Shown one piece after another: positions 19,174 to 27,635 of a stretch of DNA of 58,748 nt. Below the pieces are notes generated by a model, which worked only from the letters and a program-made list of their open reading frames with translations, ran no database searches and was not told the origin of the DNA. This DNA comes from an uncultured Alphaproteobacteria bacterium (GTDB lineage: Bacteria; Pseudomonadota; Alphaproteobacteria; RF32; CAG-239). Location: the NCBI GenBank assembly GCA_944392225.1, contig CALXWB010000006.1:1-58748 (forward strand), read 5' to 3'. Within the stretch, counting starts at the first letter, position 1. Each line of letters begins with the position of its first letter. A program made the position numbers and the translations under genes.

Positions 19174-19956
19174 TTATTCAGCTGCCTTTTTGGTTGTTTT
19201 CTTTTTGGCTGCTGTTTTTTTCTTAGAGCTCGTCTTTTTGGTTGTTGCTTTTTTGGCAGCCTTTTTAGGAGCTGTTTTCTTGGCAGCCTTTTTAGGTGCT
19301 TTCTTCACGGCTGCTTTTTCTTTGGCTTTTTTAGCTGTGGTTTTCTTTGTCGTTTTTTTAGCTACAGCTTTTTTGGCTGTCTTCTTCGTGGCTTTTTTCT
19401 TTGTAGCTTTCTTTTTCGGAGCATTTGCCTTCTCAAGACGTGCTTGTGCCAAAGAAATGGCCTCATCAAGTTCTTTTTCGCTGGTCAAACCAATGATAAC
19501 CGGGTTTTTGGGGCGAATATTGGCACTTTCTCTGTGAGTGCCGTTACGAATGGCCTCAATCGTGGGTTTGGTGGTGCCGATTAATTTGCAGATTTGGCTG
19601 TCTGACAATTGCGGATAATTTTTGATTACCCAAGCAATGGCGGACGGCTTGTCATTTCTTTGTGACGGTGAAAGCATTTTTTTGGCTTTGGCATTCTTTT
19701 CTTTAACGTTTCTTTCCAAAACATTAGCCACCAAATTTGCCGTGCTGTCTGCTTCACAACGGTGAATTTCTTCCCAGGTGAGTTGGTTGTTGTCAATTGG
19801 GCTTAAACCCATAATATTGCTGGAAACATCTCCATCGGCAATGGCTTGAATCTCAAGCTCGTGAATCTCGCAAAAATCTGAAATTTGTCTGAAGGTCAAT
19901 GTGGTATTTTCAACCAACCATACCGCGGTTGCTCTTGGCATTAACGGAGCTGTCAT
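19174..19956 (-). CDS. trcR: DUF1013/TrcR family transcription regulator with Lys/Ala-rich tail
   Basis: PLMPRATAVWLVENTTLTF, DKPSAIAW, QICKLIGTTKPTIEAIR; C-terminal KKA/KKT repeats. Confidence 0.85.
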   Translation of the reverse strand: MTAPLMPRATAVWLVENTTLTFRQISDFCEIHELEIQAIADGDVSSNIMGLSPIDNNQLTWEEIHRCEADSTANLVANVLERNVKEKNAKAKKMLSPSQRNDKPSAIAWVIKNYPQLSDSQICKLIGTTKPTIEAIRNGTHRESANIRPKNPVIIGLTSEKELDEAISLAQARLEKANAPKKKATKKKATKKTAKKAVAKKTTKKTTAKKAKEKAAVKKAPKKAAKKTAPKKAAKKATTKKTSSKKKTAAKKKTTKKAAE

Positions 19957-20077
19957 CTTTTTTATCCTTTCTTTTGAAAATATATATCTTGCAATATATA
20001 AAAAAAACTATCTTTTTTTCAAAGATAGTTTTTCTTTGCATAATATACAAGCATTTTTTTATTAATGCGCTAATTTG

Positions 20078-20902
20078 TTAGAATTTGCTGTTGCGATTAT
20101 AAATATTGGCCATATTCAAATAACCAACTTCCAACATCTGAGCCGTGGCCTGATATTTTGTGGCCTGGATTTGCAGCGCATTGACCGATGATAAGGTGCC
20201 TGAGCTATCCGTTGTGGTTAGCGGGACTTTGCTCTCTGTTTTGTTTTGGGTGTCTTGGGATACCTGCTCGGTCATAACATAGTCGTGTTTGACATTATCT
20301 CCCATTTTGATTTGCAGCGCATAGGACACTTCTTCATTGCGTTCGGCCGTGTCTTCATTGCGGGTGATTTTGATATAATAGTCACCCTTTTGAGCACGAT
20401 ATTCTCCCGACAAAATGGAGTCCATGGCTTCTCTTTCTTTTGTGCCTTTCTCTGCCGTGCTGTCACCAATCAAGACTTGTTTGTTGCCTTTGGTCATATA
20501 AACTTGAATATTTAACTTCTCAGCCGTTAATGCCAACAGATTTTCTTCTTCCAAAGCCTCTTGCTCGGCTTTTTCCTCTTCATAGCCTTCCGGGTCAAGC
20601 TGTTGCTTCAGGCTGTCCAAATATTCTTCATACTTAGACAAGTCCAGAACATTTTCACTTTCCGTGCTGTCTCTTAACGATATGGCCAGTTTGCCGTTGG
20701 ATTGGACCTGAACTTTATAGATATCTTGTGAATCGTAATCTTCTGCCAACTTGGCTACTGCCGTTGTTCGGGCATAGTTTAAGCGCACATAGCCTAAATC
20801 TCTGGCATTGGCAAAGGTCTCATCGACATCGTTCATATCGGTAAGTGTTTTTTCCCAGGTTTGGGAGCTTGCGTTTGCCATTGCTTCTGAAATCGTAACC
20901 AT
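20078..20902 (-). CDS. Hypothetical protein, possible PPC-like beta-sandwich
   Basis: ORF with SD (AGGAG) before ATG 20902; DIYKVQV...GKLAISL...GDYYIKIT pattern. Confidence 0.7.
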   Translation of the reverse strand: MVTISEAMANASSQTWEKTLTDMNDVDETFANARDLGYVRLNYARTTAVAKLAEDYDSQDIYKVQVQSNGKLAISLRDSTESENVLDLSKYEEYLDSLKQQLDPEGYEEEKAEQEALEEENLLALTAEKLNIQVYMTKGNKQVLIGDSTAEKGTKEREAMDSILSGEYRAQKGDYYIKITRNEDTAERNEEVSYALQIKMGDNVKHDYVMTEQVSQDTQNKTESKVPLTTTDSSGTLSSVNALQIQATKYQATAQMLEVGYLNMANIYNRNSKF

Positions 20903-20967
20903 TTTACGTCTCCTCACAAATATACCTTGTTAGTATAGCATATTTTTTGTAATAATTCAATAAAACT

Positions 20968-22530
20968 TTAATATATAAGTTTATATAGTGCTATCATTTT
21001 ATTGGTTTTATTCAACTTTTTCTCACCTAAAAACTCAAACTCATATTTTGCGGCATACATATTCTCTTTGACTTTTTCCGTGACCAAAATTTCATTATTG
21101 TAGGTATGCTCCAAAATGTCACTGACATAATCGTCCAAAAGCGTTTCCGCATCAGGATAATCAACAATATTGCATTTGCTCAAAAACAGCAAATTATCAT
21201 CATCCAAGTCTTCTTTATATTGGGACACGTCTTTTAAAAATTCTGACGCAAATTTTGCCGCCGTTTCCGTATCTTCATAGCCAATTTCGGTAAAACTTTC
21301 TTTTTCCTTGACATCAGAAGAATGATATTTGCTCAATAAATTATATACAATATTCTGCAAATCGGAGCGATAAGTGTTTAAGCTTTCTTCAACATTGATA
21401 TTGCTCTCGTCATAAAAACGAAACTGATAACTGATATTGACCAAGCACGGAAATTTTACATCTACCTTCTTCAATGGGATGTTTTCTTCTTCCTGCTCTT
21501 GGAAATTGCCGTTTAGTTGGTCTTCCCATTTTTTGAAACTACGCCTCAATATGCCATAGTCTGCGGGAACTCCCGCTTGGACTTGCGACATGATATGAGC
21601 TCCAACGCCGGTTAAAAACAGCGCAACCTTATTATCTGAAAAAGTTTTTTTGCTTTCATAAAACTCTTCCAAATTAACATTTTCTCCATCAATTATCCTA
21701 AAAGCATCATAAAGCAACGAATTGGCTTCCGGCAAAGATAAATTGCAATATCTGGCCAGTTCCATTGTGCCTCCGTATACAATCAATTTGACGCCGAATT
21801 TGGAAAACGTGTCTTCAAACATGGTTTGTGATTCTAAATTTTCCATAACTTCGGTAATAAAGTCTACTATATAATGTCGATACTCCAACGGTGCCTCCGG
21901 CCAGGCCGGGGCCAACGCCGGTTCATAATCATTTAAATGATATAGCTTTATAATCTGATTGGCTTTTTCATAAAACTGGCTCTCTTTTTTTTGCGGCCGT
22001 TCTTTTTTGGCTGATCCCCTAAAAACATACCAAGGGATTTTGTTGAGCAACAACGGTATGGCTAAGGCCAAAAAGATTACAAAAAATGATGAAAATAATA
22101 TCCGTTGAACATATTCTTCCGGCGCCAGCTCTTCAACTATCGGCAATAATAACGTGACGACGATGTTGGCCAAAATCAAGCTCAAAATGATTATGGACAC
22201 AAGCTTTAAGGCTGCCACAATGATATCTGTCGAGCCACCTTCTTTGCTTTCTCTCTCTGCTTTTTCGGCTTCCACATCATATATGTTTTTGACGGGCGCA
22301 TCCTCATCTTTTTTGCCGCGATTTAAGACACTCACATATTCTACCGTTTCCTGATAGCTGTTGTCTTGAACGTCAAACACTTCTTTGATGATTTTTACTT
22401 TTACTTTTTCCTGCTCTCTTTCTTTGGCAAGGTTTATGGCCTCGTGCCGCTGATCGCTTGAAAATCTGTCTTCCAGTTTCCAACCGTCTCCCCTATCGGC
22501 ATAAACCTCATAATGCGTTATTTTTACCAT
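20968..22530 (-). CDS. Hypothetical two-TM membrane protein with possible degenerate class III cyclase-like C-terminus
   Basis: Two hydrophobic helices (~aa 105-165); C-terminal EILVTEKV...YEFEFLGEKKL...LYKL pattern. Confidence 0.7.
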   Translation of the reverse strand: MVKITHYEVYADRGDGWKLEDRFSSDQRHEAINLAKEREQEKVKVKIIKEVFDVQDNSYQETVEYVSVLNRGKKDEDAPVKNIYDVEAEKAERESKEGGSTDIIVAALKLVSIIILSLILANIVVTLLLPIVEELAPEEYVQRILFSSFFVIFLALAIPLLLNKIPWYVFRGSAKKERPQKKESQFYEKANQIIKLYHLNDYEPALAPAWPEAPLEYRHYIVDFITEVMENLESQTMFEDTFSKFGVKLIVYGGTMELARYCNLSLPEANSLLYDAFRIIDGENVNLEEFYESKKTFSDNKVALFLTGVGAHIMSQVQAGVPADYGILRRSFKKWEDQLNGNFQEQEEENIPLKKVDVKFPCLVNISYQFRFYDESNINVEESLNTYRSDLQNIVYNLLSKYHSSDVKEKESFTEIGYEDTETAAKFASEFLKDVSQYKEDLDDDNLLFLSKCNIVDYPDAETLLDDYVSDILEHTYNNEILVTEKVKENMYAAKYEFEFLGEKKLNKTNKMIALYKLIY

Positions 22531-22547
22531 TGTTCACTCGTTCATAT

Positions 22548-22583
22548 AAAAAAAACCTGCATTTAACATAGCAAATGCAGGTT
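22548..22583 (-). terminator. Terminator after rpmE
   Basis: AAAAAAAACCTGCATTT...AAATGCAGGTT hairpin, U tract on minus strand. Confidence 0.75.
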
Positions 22584-22608
22584 AATAAAAAGCTAAATCA
22601 AACAAAAA

Positions 22609-22848
22609 TTACTTATTGCTATCTCCGGCTTTAAGACCGAATGCTGCAAATTTGTTGTTGAATTTAGAAATTTGACCGCCGGTATCTACCAAACGTTGAA
22701 CGCCTGTCCATGCCGGATGAGATTTCGGGTCAATCTCCAAACGGATTTTGTCACCGGGTTTGCCCATGGTGGATCTTGTCTTAAATTCTGAACCATCTGT
22801 CATTACATACGTAATTTCATGGTAATCAGGATGAATTCCTTCTTTCAT
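22609..22848 (-). CDS. rpmE: 50S ribosomal protein L31 (Cys-less type)
   Basis: [23 protein letters not shown]. Confidence 0.97.
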   Translation of the reverse strand: MKEGIHPDYHEITYVMTDGSEFKTRSTMGKPGDKIRLEIDPKSHPAWTGVQRLVDTGGQISKFNNKFAAFGLKAGDSNK

Positions 22849-22936
22849 TCTAAAAACTCCTAAAACTTTTATTTAAACGCATAATTTTTACGCTTTTATA
22901 CATTAGCATTTTTAATAACGCAAGCTTTTTTTTAGA

Positions 22937-23950
22937 TTATTTTAATTCTTCTATCAAAACGCTGTTTTCTTTGCCGTTGGCTTCTGTCAAATTCACCAAC
23001 TTGATGCTATAATTTTTATAGCCCTTGGAAAGCAAATATGACCGCGTGGCAATGGCACGATTTAAGGCTGTGCGCTTTTTGCGAAAACTGTCTTCTCCAT
23101 TTTCCAAATTATACGGATATATGCCAATCTTATTTTTGTTTGGATCTGCAAAAGTGGCGATGATGGCATCTATTTGGGCTTTGTTTTCCTCTGTCAACTC
23201 ATCGGCATCTTCGGCAAAATAAATGGTGCCCATGGCCTCTTGCTCAGCATCTTGTGCTTTTTCTTGCGCGGTGTTAACCAATAATTTTGGCTGAATTTCC
23301 GGCTCTGTTGCTTCTTCTTTGAGCAAAGATTCAACTTTGGGAGCCGGTGTGCTTGTTGCAGCTGGCAATGCGCTTTGGCTCTCTTGAGACAGGCTTTCTT
23401 GTTGCTTGCCCTCAATCGTGCTTGTTTGCACCATATTCACATTCGGCAATTCTTCCGTCACAACAGGGGTGCTCGGCGCCGGAGAAGTTTTCTCTGCGAC
23501 ATTATTTTGCTCTTGCACCTTAAACGGCGTGTCTTTTGGCAACGTAGCGGGCTGAGAAACTTGTGCGGGCTGAGTAACCTGAGCCGGCTCATTTTCTGCA
23601 GGGGCCATCTGTTTTGGCTCAACAGGTTTGGCCATTTCTTGCTTCTCTGCTGTCTGCGGCAAAGTAACCGTTACGGCTTTTTTAGCCGGAACTTCTATTT
23701 TTGTTTCCGATTTTTTAGAAACTGCAGCTTTTTTCTTTGGTTTTGCCTTTTTTGGGGCCGGGGTGCTTTTTTCTGCCGAGATTATTGGGAAAAGAGGCTT
23801 GGAGACATACGCGCCGGAAGAAGTTGTGCCTTCCAAATTATCCAGCACAGACAAGTTGACATACGAATCGTCGGCATTTGCCTTTTGCGCTTGGATAAAA
23901 ATTCCTAAGGACAGCACACTTATTGTTGTTAATAATAACTTGGCGCGCAT
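22937..23950 (-). CDS. Exported protein with Pro/Ala-rich linker and OmpA-like C-terminal domain
   Basis: Signal peptide, low-complexity linker, IYFAEDADEL...ALNRAIATRSYLLSKG. Confidence 0.7.
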   Translation of the reverse strand: MRAKLLLTTISVLSLGIFIQAQKANADDSYVNLSVLDNLEGTTSSGAYVSKPLFPIISAEKSTPAPKKAKPKKKAAVSKKSETKIEVPAKKAVTVTLPQTAEKQEMAKPVEPKQMAPAENEPAQVTQPAQVSQPATLPKDTPFKVQEQNNVAEKTSPAPSTPVVTEELPNVNMVQTSTIEGKQQESLSQESQSALPAATSTPAPKVESLLKEEATEPEIQPKLLVNTAQEKAQDAEQEAMGTIYFAEDADELTEENKAQIDAIIATFADPNKNKIGIYPYNLENGEDSFRKKRTALNRAIATRSYLLSKGYKNYSIKLVNLTEANGKENSVLIEELK

Positions 23951-23968
23951 TTTCCCCTCCTATAAAAA

Positions 23969-24784
23969 TTATTTGTTAATCAGTTCGATAACTTTTTTCC
24001 CAATATTGGCATTGGATGCAACCACGTTGCCGGAAGCCAAAACTGATGCAATGTCTTCGCTGCGCGGGTCTTTTTGATGCATTTCCAAAACTAAACCACC
24101 TGATTCTTTGACCAATAATATTCCGGCGGCAATTTGCGACATTGTATTATGTGCACTAACGGCAGCATCCATTTTTCCGGCGGCAACGCGTGCCAAATCA
24201 AGCGCCGTGCAACCAAAATTGCGCACGAAGCCTTGTTCGGCAATGATTTTGTTTCTGATATCTTGGCAAACCTGGTCGCTGTTTTGGCCCTGATCATCCA
24301 TTTGTGACTGCACACTTATCATCGAATCGGCAATGTCTTTGCGCAAAGACACACGCAAACGCTCGTGGCTGCGAAAACCCTCTTTATAAGCGCCATTGCC
24401 TTTTTCGGCAAAATAGCATTCTTCCGTGGCCGGATTGTAGATGACAGCCGTGGTGATTTGACCATTCTCACAAGTGGCAACCGAAACGGCAAGCTCCGGG
24501 ATTCCGCGTGAGAAATTGATGACACCGTCCAATGTGCAAACAATGAAATGCGGACCTGCCGGTTGCGGCTTGTTATCTTCGGCAAAAGCAAAACCCGGAC
24601 GAATCTTGGACAGTTCCTGTCTGAGGTTGCCTGCAACGCGCCTGATGGAAGATATTGCAAACTCATTGAGCCCGCGAACGGATGTTTGCAACTTTTCAAT
24701 TTCGCTAAAGTCACGGTTGGCCGGTGCCGCAGCTCTTTTCACGGCACCGATTAAGGCGTTAAGATTGCTTGATAAATAAGACAT
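23969..24784 (-). CDS. suhB: Inositol monophosphatase family (SuhB-like), active site degenerate
   Basis: RDFSEIEKLQ N-terminus, LDGVINFSRG, YFAEKGNGA, ALDLARVAAG; next to efp. Confidence 0.8.
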   Translation of the reverse strand: MSYLSSNLNALIGAVKRAAAPANRDFSEIEKLQTSVRGLNEFAISSIRRVAGNLRQELSKIRPGFAFAEDNKPQPAGPHFIVCTLDGVINFSRGIPELAVSVATCENGQITTAVIYNPATEECYFAEKGNGAYKEGFRSHERLRVSLRKDIADSMISVQSQMDDQGQNSDQVCQDIRNKIIAEQGFVRNFGCTALDLARVAAGKMDAAVSAHNTMSQIAAGILLVKESGGLVLEMHQKDPRSEDIASVLASGNVVASNANIGKKVIELINK

Positions 24785-25347
24785 TATTTAGCTCTTTCTA
24801 CATATGAACCATCTGATGTGTTGACCACAATTTTTTCACCTTGGCCGACAAACGGCGGAACCATTGTTCTCACACCATTGTCCAAAATGGCCGGTTTGTA
24901 AGAAGAAGCTGCGGTCTGGCCTTTGATAACCGGCTCGGTTTCTTTGACCTCGCAAATAACTTGTTGCGGCAGCTCAACAGAAATCGGCTTGCCATCAATG
25001 AAGTTGATGATGACGGCCATGCCATCTGTCAAAAACGGACGAGAATCGCCCAAAATATCTGACGGCATGTTGAATTGATCAAAGGTTTCGCTATCCATGA
25101 ATGTTAAGCCGGAAGCATCTTCAAACAAAAATTGGCAATCTTTGGTTTCAACCATCAATTTTTCTACCATATCTTCTGTTCTGTAACGTTCGTTGGTTTT
25201 GGTTCCTTCTTCCACAGATTTCATTTCAACCTGCATGAAAGCGCCGCCTTTGCCCGGTTTGACAAAGTTTGTTTTGGTTACAGTCCAGGGTTTGTTTTTA
25301 TATTCAATTACCCAACCTACTCTGATTGATCCAGCTTGTTGTTTCAT
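24784..25347 (-). CDS. efp: Translation elongation factor P
   Basis: VKPGKGGAF, KGQTAASSYKPA, MVPPFV, YVERA; start ATG 25347 with GGAG SD. Confidence 0.97.
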   Translation of the reverse strand: MKQQAGSIRVGWVIEYKNKPWTVTKTNFVKPGKGGAFMQVEMKSVEEGTKTNERYRTEDMVEKLMVETKDCQFLFEDASGLTFMDSETFDQFNMPSDILGDSRPFLTDGMAVIINFIDGKPISVELPQQVICEVKETEPVIKGQTAASSYKPAILDNGVRTMVPPFVGQGEKIVVNTSDGSYVERAK

Positions 25348-25397
25348 TTTTTTCTCCAATTTATTATATTTTTTATTTCAATGATTTTTAATGCAAA

Positions 25398-25919
25398 TTA
25401 ATCTAATCTTTTGATTTTATCAACTAGAATTTTATATTCCGATGCATTTAAAATGACAAAATCGGCAATTTTTAAAATTTCTTCATCTATTTTTTCAAAA
25501 TAGGGAATCGCTTGCTGAATCAAAAACAGTTCAGAATACCATTTTATGACGGCCTTGCCCTGCTCTTGATTTTCTTTTTCCAACAAAAAGCATACAAAAT
25601 CCGGCTCTGCTTCCGATGCAAGCATGGCTTCATGGCGCGTGGGCGCACAATTTATGCCCAAAAATTTTCCTTTGAGCTCCTTTTGCAACGGCTTTATGCT
25701 CTTGGCAAATTTTTCATCAATCTCTGTTGTGAGCAACAGGCCGTCCAAACCAAACTGTTGCATAAACTCTTTATTTGTCCCCAGCACCAATTTATCTGAT
25801 GCAACCGCCTGCGCCAAAACCGCCTTTGCTGATTTTTCATCGGCAATATAACAGCATATGTCTTCATTATTTATCAGATTTTGGTCATTCGGACCGATTT
25901 TTAGCATAAACTTTGGCAT
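25398..25919 (-). CDS. Divergent thiamine-phosphate synthase (ThiE)-like protein
   Basis: HEAMLASEAEPDFVCF and WYSELFLI resemble the alphaproteobacterial ThiE-like gene next to efp; start ATG 25919. Confidence 0.6.
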   Translation of the reverse strand: MPKFMLKIGPNDQNLINNEDICCYIADEKSAKAVLAQAVASDKLVLGTNKEFMQQFGLDGLLLTTEIDEKFAKSIKPLQKELKGKFLGINCAPTRHEAMLASEAEPDFVCFLLEKENQEQGKAVIKWYSELFLIQQAIPYFEKIDEEILKIADFVILNASEYKILVDKIKRLD

Positions 25920-26009
25920 AAATTCTCTTTGTTGGTTGAAAAACTTTATTATCTTATTATTATGTTCAAAATCATATGTGAAAATTATGTGAATTGAAAG
26001 CAAAAAATC

Positions 26010-26282
26010 GTGACCGAGATAAAAAATATTGAACTGAGACAAACCGAAAATGCTCTGGCAGAGCTTAGCAATGCTTTGCTTGAGCTCGGCAACCTCGTCG
26101 ATGCAAAAAAGAATCTTCTTTCCGAAGAGAAAAAAAAGCTCCTATCTGAAAATAAAGAATATAAAAACCAGATAGAATCGCTTAAAAACTCTTCTCAGAA
26201 TGTTATCTCGACGATTGATCATATCATCCTTAAACTTGATAATGTGTTGGAAAACGATGGCGCAAGTTACAATAACAATTAA
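26010..26282 (+). CDS. Small coiled-coil protein upstream of zapA (DUF4164-like position)
   Basis: Heptad-rich 90-aa ORF overlapping the zapA start. Confidence 0.65.
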   Translation: MTEIKNIELRQTENALAELSNALLELGNLVDAKKNLLSEEKKKLLSENKEYKNQIESLKNSSQNVISTIDHIILKLDNVLENDGASYNNN

Positions 26283-26604
26283 TTCTCGCGAATATGCCGT
26301 TGCCTGTGAAGACGGCCAAGAAGTCAGAATCATTCAGCTCTCGCGAATGCTGGATGAAAAAGCAAAAATGCTCACCCAAGGCGGCGGACAAGTGAACGAA
26401 AATATGCTCCTGGCCATGGTTGGTTTGCTGCTGGCAGATGAGCTCTCCGAGCTCAAAAAAAATGGCGTGACCCTTCCCAAAGATCAAAATCAAACAGCTC
26501 TCGACCCCGCTCAAATCAAGCAACTGGACGATTTGTTAACAGGCAAAATTAATTCTTTAATTAAAGATATAAAATCTGTTGCATCTAAAATCGAATCATT
26601 GTAG
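26257..26604 (+). CDS. zapA: Cell division protein ZapA
   Basis: MAQVTITINSREYAVACEDGQE, LLAMVGLLLADEL; followed by 6S RNA. Confidence 0.93.
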   Translation: MAQVTITINSREYAVACEDGQEVRIIQLSRMLDEKAKMLTQGGGQVNENMLLAMVGLLLADELSELKKNGVTLPKDQNQTALDPAQIKQLDDLLTGKINSLIKDIKSVASKIESL

Positions 26605-26616
26605 ACTATAAACATA

Positions 26617-26772
26617 GAGGGAAGCTGTCCGGTGCGTATTTCCGCAGATCTTCCGAGCCATCGTTTTTTTATAGGGAATCGTCCCTGAGCAGATCGTGGT
26701 CTGTTTATATGATGCCCACCTTGTGAGAAGCGGTTCGACAAGTTTGTTTCATACGGCTATGATGGCTCCCTC
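26617..26772 (+). ncRNA. ssrS: 6S RNA
   Basis: Closing stem GAGGGAAGCTGTC/GATGGCTCCCTC, internal GTCCCTG and ATGCCCACCT segments; canonical position after zapA. Confidence 0.85.
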
Positions 26773-26784
26773 ACAATTTTTCTT

Positions 26785-26812
26785 AACCCCTACTTTAATA
26801 TAGGGGTTTTTT
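26785..26812 (+). terminator. Terminator after 6S RNA
   Basis: AACCCCTA-CTTTAATA-TAGGGGTTTTTT. Confidence 0.7.
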
Positions 26813-26843
26813 GTTGTTAATTTTTGCCGAAAGGGCTAAACCT

Positions 26844-27626
26844 TTGAGATTGATTTATTGCGGAGATGTGGTCGCTCGCGCCGGACGCGAGGCCGTTTTG
26901 AATAACCTTGATGTCTTGAAACAAACCTATAAACCCGACTTTATTATCGTGAATGTGGAAAATGCTGCTCATGGGTTTGGCGCAACACCGGGTATCTGCC
27001 GCGATTTTTTGGCTCAGGGAGCCGATGCTCTTGTCACGGGAAATCATGTTTGGCAGCAAAGAGAACTCATTCCTTTTTTGGATGAATGTAAAAAAATCGT
27101 GCGACCGCTTAACTATCCCGAAGATCTTCCCGGAAAAGGCTATTGCGAAGTTGAAACGCCGAACGGTAAAAAACTCCTTATCATTCAGCTCTTGGGACGC
27201 TTGTTTATGGAAGCGGTCGATTGCCCGGTTGCCGCTGTTGACAAACTTTTGAAAAACTATGCCTTGGGCAAAAATGTTGATGCCATTTTTGTGGATATCC
27301 ACGCCGAAGCAACTTCTGAAAAACTGGCCTTGGGTTGCTATCTTGACGGCAGAGTTTCCGCCGTTATCGGTTCACATACTCACGTGCCGACCAACGATGC
27401 CAAAATTTGGCCTCACGGCACGGCCTATCTTACCGATGTCGGTATGTGCGGCGATTATGACTCCGTTCTGGGTTTTGATAAGCAAGAACCCATCAACCGT
27501 TTGGCTCGCAAATACACCGGCGGCAGACTCACTCCGGCCAAAGGTAAAGGAACGCTCTGTGCCGTTTTGGTGGATACCGATGTGCAGACCGGGTTGGCCA
27601 CGCATATTGAAACAATCAAAATTTAG
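26844..27626 (+). CDS. YmdB-like metallophosphoesterase (TIGR00282 type)
   Basis: GDVV, NVENAAHGFG, TGNH, VDIHAEATSEK, GSHTHVPT, TDVGMCG; TTG start 26844 inferred. Confidence 0.93.
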   Translation: MRLIYCGDVVARAGREAVLNNLDVLKQTYKPDFIIVNVENAAHGFGATPGICRDFLAQGADALVTGNHVWQQRELIPFLDECKKIVRPLNYPEDLPGKGYCEVETPNGKKLLIIQLLGRLFMEAVDCPVAAVDKLLKNYALGKNVDAIFVDIHAEATSEKLALGCYLDGRVSAVIGSHTHVPTNDAKIWPHGTAYLTDVGMCGDYDSVLGFDKQEPINRLARKYTGGRLTPAKGKGTLCAVLVDTDVQTGLATHIETIKI

Positions 27627-27635
27627 GGCTTGATT

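Noticed and set aside
19153-19584. Phe/Leu-rich + strand ORFs that look like membrane proteins
   Set aside because: They are the antisense reading of the Lys/Ala-rich trcR tail.
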